Assembly: GCF_018977255.1 (NCBI RefSeq) | Contig: NW_024704743.1 | Coordinates: forward strand, 95,296,001-95,360,000 | Direction of reading: 5' to 3' | Source of the DNA: Callorhinchus milii | Taxonomy: Eukaryota | Length of the DNA: 64,000 nt | Shown: positions 1 through 11,316 of the stretch, one piece after another | Numbering within the stretch: position 1 is the stretch's first letter | Layout of the letters: each line of letters starts with the position of its first letter | The notes under the pieces: generated by a model | Seen by the model: the letters and a program-made list of their open reading frames with translations, nothing else | The model's database searches: none | Told to the model about the DNA's origin: nothing | Program-made: the position numbers and the translations under genes

Positions 1-32
1 AATAATTAGAGCTCCAAAGAATAGAGGAATAG

Positions 33-318
33 AACAACAGCAACAACAAATTTACATTAATACTGCATCCTTAGTGTTAGGAGGATGTCCCAATGCACTG
101 AGCTGGGGCTGGGGCCCGGAAGGGGAGGAGAGAGGTGTTGGGAGGGGAGGAGAGGGGGAGGGGGTTGGGAGGGGAGGGGAGTAGAGGGGGCGGTTGGGAG
201 GAAAGGAGAAGGGGCGGATTGGGAGGGGAGGAAAGGGGTGTTTTGGAAGGGCTAGACGGGTTGGGGGGAAGGCACACTCAAAGAGGAAGGTCTTGAGACG
301 GTCCTTGAAGGAGGCAAG
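33..318 (-). mobile_element. L2-type LINE 3' end fragment
   Basis: (CAA)n tail, GGAGGATGTCCCAA terminal motif and a G-rich 3' UTR shared with the longer L2 copies at 40416, 45746 and 60268. Confidence 0.75.
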
Positions 319-2074
319 GCAATACAATATTTCCTCATTCATTTACCACTGATGATAAGAATGTACAAAATCGGCCGTTTAATGTTTTGTTTGACTTTGG
401 TTGCATATTTGCTCTCAGGCAGATAAATAGGCTGAGTCAATAAACAATTTGCCATGTTCCCAGAAATAATGCAGTCATGAGGTAATATGTCAAATGAAAC
501 ATCTCCTCATTTGGACTGCAAAGTTATAAGTCCCTCGCTCCATGTAGTTTGTAGTGAAGAAAGAAAAAATCACACTGGTAAGTAATCTATAACCACAAGC
601 ATTTAATGCACGTTAATAGGTCTGTTTGTCCTTCCTCTTCTACACCATTCCTCCATTCTCTGATTGTCCTTCCTCTACACCATTCCTCTGTTCTCTGAGA
701 CTGTTTTTCAAAACCACTTTGCCTTGCTATATCGCTCCCTGCCTTAAAAAAGTATCCTGGAAATAAACCTCTTGGACTGTGCCTTTGGTCAGCAACCTTT
801 AAATCTCTTATTTTCTTACCTGATGTTCACCACAACAGTTGTCAAGCACTTTTTGTTCTTTCACTATATAATTGTAAGTTGTTATTTTCCATTTATGGGA
901 CACCATAGAGAAATATCAGTAATGTAAGTTCATCTGGCAGTAATAAAGAAGATAAAACAGTGGTTTATTTTATCCCTTTGGTTATTTATACTGAGAACCT
1001 TGATGTATATTTTGATCTCAATTTTATAATAATAATCCTTGCATTTGATATAGCACCTTATCATATTGAGACATCTCAAATGTATATAATATATACAATA
1101 CTGTCAATACTGTCACAAATTATGTACTCTGGGTGTGGATGAATTCTACCCAATTGTCTTGGTCAGCTCAGGCACAAACGATATTATCACTGCAGGATGC
1201 AGTACTTTCTCACAAAGTAGCCACAGTTCTGGTCTAATTCCAAGGAGGTTGTAATTATCGAGACTGAACCAGGTAGTAGTTTTCCACTGGAGTTTTTAAA
1301 TTAAGAGTCCTCAAATGATTTCAGAGATGGTAGATTTTACAGAGTCTCTTTGATACAGAAGTTTGAATGCTACGCTTAGAAATTCTCTTAAATTCCAGAT
1401 CAGACTGACCCAGCAGCCCCTGTTTCCCGTCTGGCTTACCCCCTTGTTTTCTCACTTTCCCTTGTTTTGAGAACTCTCCACTCTCAAACTCCATCTCCTG
1501 ACACTAAACAAAAGTTTGAGACACAATAAAGACTGGATATCGATAAGAATTATTGTTGATTGCTGGAGTTTAGCACTTGGGGCAGGAGTACATTCATCTG
1601 AGTTTCAGTAACGGACGACAAGGGGGATCAGGCCAACATGCCTAGGAGGAAGCTCAATCAGTTGTTAGTTGCTGTTTGCCGTGCTATTAAAACCCATACC
1701 ATGATTTTCCTTTTTAAACTTGTAACAATGCTCAATAAGACACCACGTTGACTGTTGACTAAAAATGACTTTTTCCACAAATACAATACAAATTGACATT
1801 TATATGGAACTTTTCATATCAGGAGGCTTATCACTTATATAAACATACTCTACTCAGTGTACAATGCACAAGAGATTGCTTCTTCCAAGAACTAACAAAA
1901 ATGGATTATTTTTCACTAGTCGTGTGATATATTCAACAGCATATCAGCTCTGTGAGATAGAGTGAGCAATCATGCAAGTCAATGAGGTCAGTGCCTGAGG
2001 TGAAAAGGTGGAGAATTATTATAAAAAGAAATGTGTTGCCACAAGGTGTGTTTATCTCTATGTTGCAGGTCGCC

Positions 2075-3307
2075 ATGCTGATAGTTGGGCAGCTTCTGAT
2101 TTTCCTCCTGTCAACAGGATCCTTGTCTGCGTGCCCAGAAAAATGCTTTTGCCATTCAAACATTGTTGACTGCCGCAACATTGGTGCCAGGACCTTCCCA
2201 CACAAACTCCAACCTGGAGTGGAAACGTATTTTCTAGATGAGAATCAGTTGACCAGAATATCTATCAATGCCTTTGAAGATGTGAAGACCTTAACCTATC
2301 TTGGTTTATCAAGAAATAGCCTTCATCTCCACAACTACACATTTGAACCCCTTCTAAATCTCCAGGCTTTGGAGCTGTCTGGGAACCAGTTGTCTGAACT
2401 TCAGGCAGATCTGTTTGTAAACCTTCCAAACCTCACGTGGTTAAGTCTGGCCAACAACAACTTAAAAAGGCTTTCTAATGGGATCTTCAGGTCACAGATG
2501 AAACTCACATACCTGGATCTCTCCAACAATCAGGTAGTATTGCTTCCACAGACCTTTAAACACTTGCCTCAGTTGAACACTCTTTATCTCAAGAACAATA
2601 AGCTGAGAATGCTCCCAACAATAGTGTTCAGCCACCTTCTTGAACTTGAGGTTCTCGACTTCTCGAGCAATCAATTGAGATCTCTACCTGCCCTTTTCTT
2701 TGCTAATCACCACAAACTTACTGACCTACGCCTGGACTTCAACAGATTAAGCCACCTAGCCTCGACTCTGTTTGCCTATCAGCATGCTTTACAGTACCTA
2801 ACCATTTCTGGAAACAATATTGGAAACTTTTCTTCAAAACTGTTCAGTAACTTGACCAAACTCTTGCACCTGGATTTATCCAATAATTCCTTAATCCGTC
2901 TACCCCTAGATTTTGTTTCCAATCTGGAAAAATTAGAAGTATTGAAGCTATCTGATAACTTCATCAATGGATTTCACCCTGGAATATTCAGGCATAACCT
3001 CAAATTATCTTACCTCCACTTGGACAGAAACCAGCTCACCAGCCTCCCTGTGTTTGAAGGCCTGCAGCAGCTGGAAGAGTTGACTCTCCGTTGCAACAGC
3101 CTAGTTACTCTTCCGTGGCGATTTACTGACAATCTTATAGGACTGCGCTGCCTGCAGCTCACTGATAATCTTATTAGTGAGCTACATGTTGCCATGCTTC
3201 ATGTCAACATGACTTTGCTTTTGATGAATAATCCAATCTGTTCGACCAAACTGCAGACAACTTCAACTCAATCCACAAAAATCAACTGCACAAACAGACA
3301 ATGCTAA
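2075..3307 (+). CDS. Secreted leucine-rich repeat protein (signal peptide, LRRNT, ~14 typical LRRs; CPN2/GP5/LRRC15/LRG1-like architecture), ~410 aa
   Basis: Uninterrupted ORF 1982-3307. An in-frame ATG at 2075 in Kozak context (GTCGCCATG) lies just after a splice acceptor (TTTATCTCTATGTTGCAG, AG at 2067-2068). Hydrophobic signal MLIVGQLLIFLLSTGSLSA, then CPEKCFC..VDC LRRNT, 14 LxxLxLxxNxL repeats, several N-glycosylation sequons and no TM segment. Possible upstream UTR exon donor CTG|GTAAGT at 577/578. Confidence 0.88.
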   Translation: MLIVGQLLIFLLSTGSLSACPEKCFCHSNIVDCRNIGARTFPHKLQPGVETYFLDENQLTRISINAFEDVKTLTYLGLSRNSLHLHNYTFEPLLNLQALELSGNQLSELQADLFVNLPNLTWLSLANNNLKRLSNGIFRSQMKLTYLDLSNNQVVLLPQTFKHLPQLNTLYLKNNKLRMLPTIVFSHLLELEVLDFSSNQLRSLPALFFANHHKLTDLRLDFNRLSHLASTLFAYQHALQYLTISGNNIGNFSSKLFSNLTKLLHLDLSNNSLIRLPLDFVSNLEKLEVLKLSDNFINGFHPGIFRHNLKLSYLHLDRNQLTSLPVFEGLQQLEELTLRCNSLVTLPWRFTDNLIGLRCLQLTDNLISELHVAMLHVNMTLLLMNNPICSTKLQTTSTQSTKINCTNRQC

Positions 3308-3330
3308 TGAAGATGTTGGCATGTTTTCAA

Positions 3331-3336
3331 AATAAA
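3331..3336 (+). promoter_or_regulatory. Candidate polyadenylation signal of the LRR gene
   Basis: AATAAA 23 nt after the stop codon, with T/GT-rich sequence downstream. Confidence 0.45.
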
Positions 3337-4205
3337 ATTGCTTTTGGTCATATCTGTTATGAACAATTAATTGTGTTTATACATATCTATATACTATATC
3401 TAAATTCATAAAATATGTTTGGCATTTGGAATTAAAAGCATATTCTTTAAATGAAAAAGAGCTGGTCTGAGTGTTGACACAACTCTATCCTTATTTCAAA
3501 TAGACTGAAGAGAAATTCCATGTGTTTTATAGTTGGCCATGGTTAACCTGAGCTTCAACATTTGTACAGAATTAGATCAGAAAGAGCAAAGCCGGGTGCA
3601 GTTGAGATTTGTAGCAACTGAGAAAAGAGCAACTGAGAGAACATTCAATATAGATAACTTTGACAATCTTTCCTTTCTCAGCAGGAAGCTTACCAGACAA
3701 TGTTCATATTGGCGAGCTATGCGGTTTTAGCTGGTTAACCTCCAGCAGTACTCCAAAGCACACTCTGGGTCGCCAAGCCTTGGCTATTGGCCAACTTGCA
3801 CCTGATATTGTCTCGAATTAGGTAAACATGGTGCATCTCCACATGAGGAGAGTATACATTCCATTCCAGACTTGAGAATTTCCACGTGTAAGTGGTATAC
3901 TGCATGTGGAAGTCTAAATCCCGTTTCGATACTCTTAAGCATGGTGATGGGTTTATTTGTGTGTCAAGCACCTGGATGACAAAAAAGTTTACATTCTCTT
4001 GTTCTCATTGGTGGACTGGCAGGAACTCACAGTCATTAGTTTCCTAATGCTTCCCTGTTCTTTTTTTGGGATAATAGCAAAAGTTGTCGTGCTGTGAGCT
4101 GACCTAACCACCAAGCAGTTTGTGACACTTCTGTTATTAACCGACAAAGGCTGTGTTTACATAGCTATCATTTCAGCTCCCTGCATGGTAATCCATCTGC
4201 CTATC

Positions 4206-5016
4206 AACACAACAGCAACTTGCATTTATATAGCCCACTTCACATGGGGTAGTTTCTCGGAATGCTTAACATTGGCAGAGCATGACGCCAAGCCGGGGAG
4301 AGAAGGGAGGTGACTGTAGGCACGGTCAAAGAGGAAGTTCTTCGGAAGTGATCTGAAGAAAGAGGGGACAAGGTGAAGGGATTGAGGCGGAATTCCATAG
4401 TTTCGGGACATAGTAGCTGAAAGCATGGCTTCTGATGGTGAAGTGGAGGGGACAAGGGACATGCAGGAAGCCAAATGCAGATGATGGGTAATGGGTGTGG
4501 GCGTACACAAGTTGGAGACGTAGGGAGGTGCCAGGGCATGAGGTGATTTGTAACTGAGTGTGAGGATCTTGTAATCTTGTAATCGATCCATTCTGTGATA
4601 GGGAGCCAATGGAACCTAGCAAGGACAAGGGTGATAGGGTATGGAGTTTGGTGTCGGTGAGTATATGGCCTGAAGAACTTTGAATTAATTGGATTTTATG
4701 AATGATGGAGCTGGGGAGACTGCTAATTATGGCATAGGAATAATCGAGGTCGGAGGTGACGAATGCATGAATATGGACTTCAGTTGAGTTGGGTGTGAGG
4801 TACCGTTGGAGGCAGACAATATGACGGAGGTGGAGGAAAGCAGTCCTGGTCACATCTAGGGTAGGAAGCTGAGGATATAACACGAAGCCAAGGTTACATA
4901 CAGGAACGATAAGTCTGAAAGATAGGCTGGGGAGGTTAAGGAATTTGGTGTCGCAGGTAAGTAGATGTTGATGGGAGTCAGGGAGTATGGCTAACGTCTC
5001 CTCAACACTCAGCTGT
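4206..5016 (-). mobile_element. L2-type LINE fragment (RT C-terminus plus 3' UTR), degenerate
   Basis: Minus-strand translation HAFVTSDLDY...KIQLIQ and YKILTLSYK..H.LAPPY, typical of the L2 ORF2 C-terminus; truncates the leftmost tRNA-Arg remnant. Confidence 0.85.
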
Positions 5017-5110
5017 AAGTTTGACTCCTACCTTGTATGGTCTTCTTGCTTTCAGTTTTTATGTGGCAACATATGGCTACGTAAAACAAACATTGGATGA
5101 AAAGCTCTAG

Positions 5111-5183
5111 TGGAGAATATGAGCAACGATCCCGCTACCTCTCACATGCAAAGCGAGTGTTCTATTATTTGAACTAATTCCCC
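5111..5183 (-). pseudogene. tRNA-Ala(TGC)-like pseudogene
   Basis: Degenerate copy of the array Ala body with many stem mismatches. Confidence 0.75.
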
Positions 5184-5530
5184 TTTGACTTACATTATAT
5201 TGCAAAATTCCAGCAGAGGAACCATCAACATGCAACGATTGCAGGAGAGAAAGGAAGACAAATGCTGTTTCTCACGAACTCCTCTCTCCCTTTGAAAGCG
5301 AACAAGAAATTAATATTCCAAAACACTTGAAATCAACAAGAACTCTTCCATGAATATCAGTCTCTGACCATTTTCTTACAAGGCACAGCTGAAGCAGCAG
5401 CCAAAGGAGAAAGTAGCTTGTTTGTTTCTTCACAACCCATTGGTTTACCACCAAAGTTATTGAAACAAAACGCAACAAAACCATTCAATGTTTCTTTACA
5501 CTCCTGCTCATGTTGTGCTATCAAGGTAGT

Positions 5531-5844
5531 TAATAATAATCCTTGCATTTGGTATAGCGACTTATCACGTCTTTGAGACATCTCAAAGTGCTTCACAGAA
5601 TATACTGTAAAGTGAATTGACTATATATTTTGGGGGCAAAACGCAGTAGGCCAATTGTGCACAGCAGTGTCCCACAAATAGTCGGTGATTAAGTGACCAA
5701 ATTATTTTTATTATTTTTATTATTGTTTTAAAAAAATTGGAAAGGATTATTAACTTTCACAGGTAGTATTTTTGTGGAGTCCTGCAGCCCAGTGAGAAGT
5801 GAGTGCTCTAACCACTAGCTCTAACTAGCAAGCTACAAGACTCC
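5531..5844 (-). mobile_element. tRNA-headed SINE, rearranged copy
   Basis: (TAA)n tail plus CCTTGCATTTG, body homologous to 50622-50940. Confidence 0.75.
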
Positions 5845-6114
5845 ACAAAAATGCTACCTTTCCTTGTCATACACCCCTTGCAAATACTTGAAAGGAGTAG
5901 AGAGAGAGAAAGGACTCCACAAGCACTGAAAGAACCTACATATAGTCAGCAAAAAGGAAGAGTGAAGAATTTGTGAAAAATGGGGCAACATCATAGATTG
6001 AGAAGGAATAGGACTTTCAGTCAAGATCAGTTGGGAAATTGTGGGGTTAGTGTCAATCTTTCTGTCCTGCAATAATTGATAGAAGTACCAGGACCTTTCA
6101 ATTGAGATCAGGGA

Positions 6115-6187
6115 GGGCCAGTGGCGCAATGGACAACGCGTCTGACTACGAATCAGAAGATTGTAGGTTCGAATTCTACCTGGCTCA
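6115..6187 (+). tRNA. tRNA-Arg-ACG: tRNA-Arg(ACG) variant, possibly non-functional (altered B box, A73)
   Basis: 73-nt cloverleaf; T arm reads GTAGGTTCGAATTCTAC instead of GTAGGTTCGACTCCTAC. Confidence 0.6.
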
Positions 6188-6342
6188 GTTTTCTTACTCC
6201 CTATTTTTATGGGGCAATATGATGCTACATAAAACAAACATCAAATAAAAAGCTCCAAAAGTGAATTCAGGCATCAATTATACTGCAAAAGTCCAGCAGA
6301 GGAAACATCAAGATGCAATGATTGTAGGAGAGAAAGGGAACA

Positions 6343-6480
6343 AACATAACTTACGAATTAGGAGGAGTAGACCATTTAGCCCCTCAAGCCTGCCCCGCCA
6401 TTCAATAAGATCATGGCTGATCTTCTAACCTAACTCCATCTACCCACCTTATTCCCATATCCCTTAATCCCTCTATCCTT
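6343..6480 (-). mobile_element. CR1 LINE 3' end inserted in the array
   Basis: ATTAGGAGGAGTAGACCATTTAGCCCCTCAAGCCTGCCCCGCCATTCAATAAGATCATGGCTGATC resembles a CR1 3' UTR. Confidence 0.65.
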
Positions 6481-6867
6481 TAGAATAAAGAAAGGCATGT
6501 AAAGAATTCCAAATTTCTTGCAACTGCCAAGAATTATTCCATGCTTCTCAGTCCCTTACCAATTTCTCCTCAGAAAAGCAAGGCTTCTTTCCAGGTACAA
6601 TTGAAACAGCAGCCAAAGGAGATTATGTCTTCACAGCTTACTGTGTATCATCAAAGATATTCAACCGGAGGCCACCAAAAGCTTTCCAGCTTCATGGATT
6701 GAGAAGTAGCAGGACCTTTCATTTGAGATCGGGTGGGGACAGTGTCGGAATGAATAACAAATCAAAAGGTTGTAGGTTCGACTAATACATGACTTGGTTT
6801 ACTTGTTTTCAGTTTTCGAGTGGCAATATAATGCTATGTCAAATAAACACCAGATGAGCAGCTCCAT

Positions 6868-6939
6868 TGGAGAATGCGGCATCGATCCCACTACCTCTCA
6901 CATGCTATGCGAGCGCTCTACCATTTGAGCTAATTCCCC
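6868..6939 (-). pseudogene. tRNA-Ala(AGC) pseudogene
   Basis: 72 nt; 1-nt deletion in the T stem plus substitutions. Confidence 0.75.
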
Positions 6940-7083
6940 TTGATTTGGATTATATTTCACAAGTCCAGCAAAAGAACGGTTAAGTTGCAATGAACGGAGA
7001 GAGAAAGGAAGCCGAATATTGTTTCTCACCAACACCGCTCTAACTTTGAAAGGGAACAAGAATTGAATATTCCAAACCATTTG

Positions 7084-8833
7084 CAAAAGTCGAACAAATT
7101 TTGCATTTGAATGCTCCGTTAAGTGTTGAATCAGGCTGACGTCAGAAATGTACAGATCGGCAAATTTTCAAACATGCGCGCAACAACTGCAGCAATACTT
7201 TTCACTGAAAAGGATGTTAATTCGAAATTAGTTTATCAAAGAAGCGGAAAGTGGTTGCTGAAGGCTGAATATTCAACAAAGAATGGACTTCTAAATATTG
7301 TTTTACCAACGTGGGTGGAAAATAAAACAAATAAAATAAAAATAAATTTAAAAAAATAAAGAAAGAAAATAAAAACAATGTGCAGTTATAAAATAAAGTA
7401 AGCAATTTTGCATGTTTTTCACTGGCACTTGATGAGAGATGTGATATCAAATATACAGCCCAGTTGATAATTTTTATTCAAGGTATCACCACACATTTTG
7501 AGCTCACAGAAGAATTGGCATCAATGCAGTCAATGAAAGATACGACAACTGGAGAAGACATTTTGGAGGCAATAATACGTGTATCATAAAATTAGTAGTG
7601 AAGTGGAAAAATTGGTGAATGTGACCACTGATGGAAGCCCAAATCTGATATGTTGGGTTACTGAAAAGAATTCAAGATCAAGTCAAAGAAACAAATCCAG
7701 AACAGAATATTGTTCTTCTACACTGCATTATCCACCAAGAGGTCCTCTGTTCTAAAACTAAACAATGTCATGGACACAGTTACGAAAGTGGTCAACCACA
7801 TTCGAGCAAGAAGATTAAACCACAGGCAATTTGTAACTCTGCTTGAGGAATTGGAATCCGAGCACACGGATGTTCTGTATCATACGAATGTAAAATGGCT
7901 TAGTTTAGGAAAGGTCTTGAAAAGAGTGTGGGAACTGAGAACAGAGATTGATTTATTTTTGGATATGAAACAAAAAGATTTGGATTTCCCACAGCTGAAT
8001 GATACGAATTGGTTCTCTGACTTCGCATTTGCCGTTGTTATAATGTGCTACATGAATGAACTGAATTCAAAACTGCAATGAAAGAGGGCCTTTGTGCACG
8101 ATTTGTATTGCAGTGTCAAGTCATTTATGACAAAATTATTTCTTTTATCGTGTCATATAGGAAACAGGCTGTTTGCCCACTTTCAACTTTGCAGCAGATT
8201 AATGTTTGCGATCAAAGCCTTAGAAAGTATATTTCGTCACTACTTGACTTACATGGCGAATTTTTTTGCCGATTTCAGGATTTCAATTTGATCGAAAATT
8301 GGTCCCTTCACCTTTCTCATTTGATGTTGACAAAACTCCATTTGACCTCCAACTCGAGCTTATTGACCTGCAATGTGATCCATTGGAGGATGCTTGTACT
8401 GTTTGGATCAACATACATATGTGAGGAGACATTTTCTGTGATGAAATTCAATAAATCAAAACATAGATCTGTGATGACTGATGACCACCTTGCAGCAGTA
8501 CTCCGCATTGCAACAACAGAGACGATGCCAACTTCAATTGTCTGGTTAACATACATCAGCGCTTTCATTCTTCCCATTGAGTGAGCTTCTCACATTCTCA
8601 TCAATATGTGAACAAATGGATAAGTATCGAATAAATGTCTGCTCAATGAGTTGTTTTTATTTAACCCAATTTTAATGAATGTCAATTATGTAGACTTTAT
8701 TTTATGCATGTACAAGTGTAAGACTTGATTTTGAGCTATTATTAAGCATTTGCATCTATATTAAGTGTGTGGCCCGCGAAGCTTACCAAAACTCGTGAAG
8801 TGGCCCGCCAGCTAAAATAAATGCCTATCCCTG
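7084..8833 (+). mobile_element. hAT (Charlie/SPIN, GTF2IRD2-like) DNA transposon remnant with disrupted transposase; only the right end is present
   Basis: Motifs SLALDE..DI (~7420), TTDGSP (~7625), HCIIHQE (~7720), KWLSLGKVLKR and LFGSTYICEETFS.MK..KSKHRS (dimerisation domain), spread across frameshifts and stops; subterminal GTGGCCCGC repeats and a ...ATCCCTG terminus at 8833. Confidence 0.9.
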
Positions 8834-9225
8834 TTCTCCATCAATCAAGCTTCTGATTCTTTGCAACTGTTTTGTTGTCACGGCATGAGCAGGCATGTAA
8901 AGAACAATCAAAGGGTTTTGTTGCATTTTGTTTCAATAACTTGGATCGAACAGCAATGGGTTGTGAAGAAATAAACTATCTCCATTTTCCTTAGGCTGCT
9001 ATTTGATTTGTGCTTAACAAGAAAGTCTTGCTTTTCTGGTGAGAAAATGGTCAGAGACTGAGATTCATGGAAGAGTTCTTGTCGTATTCAAGTGTTTCAA
9101 AATATTCAATTGTTCCCTTTCAAATGGAGACTTGTTGTTGAGAAATAACATTTGGTTTCCTTTCTCTCCTCCAATCATTGTACCTTAATCATTCCTCTGC
9201 TGGACGTGCAATATAATCCAAATCA

Positions 9226-9297
9226 AGGGAATTAGCTAAATGGTAGAGCACTCGCATAGCATGTGAGAGATAGCGGGATCGATGCCTGCAATCTCCA
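9226..9297 (+). pseudogene. tRNA-Ala(AGC) pseudogene in the inverted array block
   Basis: GGGAATTAGCTAAATGGTAGAGCACTCGCATAGCATGTGAG..., with deletions and mismatches. Confidence 0.75.
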
Positions 9298-9367
9298 ATG
9301 GAGCTTTTCCTTTGATGTTTGTTTTACATTGAATTGTGTTGCTGCCCAAAAAGTGAAGCAAGAAAAC

Positions 9368-9440
9368 CAAGCCAGGTCGGAGTCGAAACTATAATCTTCT
9401 GATTCGTAGTCAGACGCGTTGTCCATTGTGCCACTGGCTC
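9368..9440 (-). pseudogene. tRNA-Arg(ACG) degenerate copy in the inverted array block
   Basis: Reverse complement of the Arg body with T-arm and acceptor-stem substitutions. Confidence 0.75.
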
Positions 9441-9715
9441 CACCTGATCTCAAATAAAAGTTCCTGGACTTCTACATCAATCAAACTTCCCATTCTTTAA
9501 CTGTCTTATCACAACATGAGCAGACACGTAAAGAACAATCAAAGGGTTTTGTTGCATTTTGTTTCAATAATTTGGATAGAACAACAATGAGTTTTGAAGA
9601 AATAAACAATCTCCATTTTCTGTAGGCTGCTATTTAATATGTGCTTCTTAAGACTTACATTTCTGGTCAGAAAATGGTCAGAGACTGAGATTCTTGGAAG
9701 AGTTTCTGTCATATT

Positions 9716-9740
9716 NNNNNNNNNNNNNNNNNNNNNNNNN
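9716..9740. other. Assembly gap (25 N)
   Basis: Run of N. Confidence 1.
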
Positions 9741-10028
9741 ATGAAGATGCAATGATTGGACGAGAGAAAGGAAGCCAAATGCTCTGTCTCACTAACATCT
9801 CACTCACTTTGAAAGGGAACAAACATTATTAATTCAAAATCTCTTGCATATGACAAGAATATTTCCATGCTTCTCAGTCTCTTACCATATTCTCCTCAGA
9901 AAAACGAGGCTTCTTTCCAGGTACAATTGAAGCAGCAGCCAAAACAGATTGCTTGTTTCTTCTCAACCCACTGGTGTATCATCAAAGCTATTCCAGGACC
10001 AGGAACTTTTATTATTTGAGATAAGGTG

Positions 10029-10100
10029 GGGCCTGTGGCGCAATGGACAATGCTTCCAACTACAAACCAGAAATTATAAGTTTGACTCCTACCTGGCTCG
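10029..10100 (+). pseudogene. tRNA-Arg-derived pseudogene (monomer A, anticodon ACA)
   Basis: Arg 5' and 3' ends intact; anticodon stem and B box destroyed. Confidence 0.8.
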
Positions 10101-10171
10101 GTTTTCTTGATTTCAGTTTTTCGGCAGCAATACAATGCTATGTAAAACAAACACCCAATGTAAAGCTCCGT

Positions 10172-10243
10172 TGGAGAATGCGGGCATCGATCCCGCTACC
10201 TCTCACATGCAAAGCGAGCGCTCTCCCATTTGACTAATTCCCC
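10172..10243 (-). pseudogene. tRNA-Ala(TGC), monomer A, 1-nt D-stem deletion (may be a sequencing error)
   Basis: 72 nt versus 73 nt in sister copies 13012 and 18056. Confidence 0.6.
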
Positions 10244-10664
10244 TTGATTTGGATAAAATTGCACAATTCCAACAGAGGAACGATTAGAATGCAATGAAGG
10301 GAAGAGAGAAAGGAAGCCGAATATTGTTTCTCACCAACATCTGTTTCACCAACAAGAATTGAGTATTCCATTCCACTGGAATATGACAAAATCTTTTCCT
10401 TGAATCTCAGTCTCTAACCATACTCTCACCAGAAAAAAAAGACTTTCTTATTGAGCCCAAATCAAATAACAGCCTAATGAAAATGGGGATTGTTTGCTTC
10501 CTCACAACCCATTGCTGTTCCATCAACGTTATTGAAAGAAAATGCAACAAAGAACTTTCATTGCTATTCACATGCCCGCTCATGCTGTGACAACAGGACA
10601 GTTGTAAAGAATGGGAAGTTTGATTCATGTAGAGGTACCAGGACATTTTGATTGAGATAAGGTG

Positions 10665-10737
10665 GGGCCAGTGGCGCAATGGACAACGCGTCTGACTACG
10701 AATCAGAAGATTGTAGGTTCGACTCCTACCTGGCTCG
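10665..10737 (+). tRNA. tRNA-Arg-ACG: tRNA-Arg(ACG)
   Basis: GGGCCAGTGGCGCAATGGACAACGCGTCTGACTACGAATCAGAAGATTGTAGGTTCGACTCCTACCTGGCTCG; full cloverleaf, A/B boxes, TTTT terminator. Confidence 0.93.
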
Positions 10738-10808
10738 CTTTTCTTGCTTTCAGTTATTGGGCAGCAATGCAATGCTATGTAAAACAAACACCAGATGAAA
10801 AGCTCCAT

Positions 10809-10881
10809 TGGAGAATGCGGGCATCGATCCCGCTACCTCTCACATGCTAAGCGAGCGCTCTACCATTTGAGCTAATTCCCC
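10809..10881 (-). tRNA. tRNA-Ala-AGC: tRNA-Ala(AGC)
   Basis: GGGGAATTAGCTCAAATGGTAGAGCGCTCGCTTAGCATGTGAGAGGTAGCGGGATCGATGCCCGCATTCTCCA; G3.U70 pair, TTTT terminator. Confidence 0.93.
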
Positions 10882-11316
10882 TTGATTTGTTTGTGTTTCA
10901 CAAGTTCATTCGAGGAACGAGTAAGATGCAATCATTGGAGGAGAGAAAGGAAGACGAATGTTATTTCTCACCAACAACAGTCTCCCACTGAAACTGAACA
11001 AGAATTGAATATTCCAAAGCATTTGAATATGACAAGAACTCTTCCGTGAATCTCAGTCTCTGATTATTTTCTCTCCAGAAAAGCAAGGCTTCTTTCCATG
11101 AACAATTGAAACAATAGGCAAAAGAAAATGGAGACTGTTTGTTTCTTTGCAACAAGTTTGTTCACCATCAAACCTATTGAAACAAAATCCAGCAAAATAA
11201 TTTGATGGTTCTTCACCTTCCTGCTCATGCTGTGGCACCAAATTAGCTGTGAAGAATAGGCAGCTTGATTGACGTAGAAGTACCAGGACCTTTCAGTTGA
11301 GATGGAAATGCTCCAC

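Noticed and set aside
52..342. Proline-rich ORFs
   Set aside because: Translation of the C-rich L2 3' UTR
1982..2074. N-terminal 31 codons of the 441-aa ORF
   Set aside because: This looks like intron sequence: polypyrimidine tract plus AG at 2067-2068, with the signal peptide and Kozak ATG starting at 2075
2075..3307. Variable lymphocyte receptor (VLR) or TLR assignment
   Set aside because: No LRRCT, stalk/GPI, TM or TIR domain, and no flanking LRR cassettes in the window
7710..8584. Domesticated GTF2IRD2/EPM2AIP1-like host gene
   Set aside because: Multiple stops, frameshifts and deletions with a retained transposon end indicate a dead hAT copy
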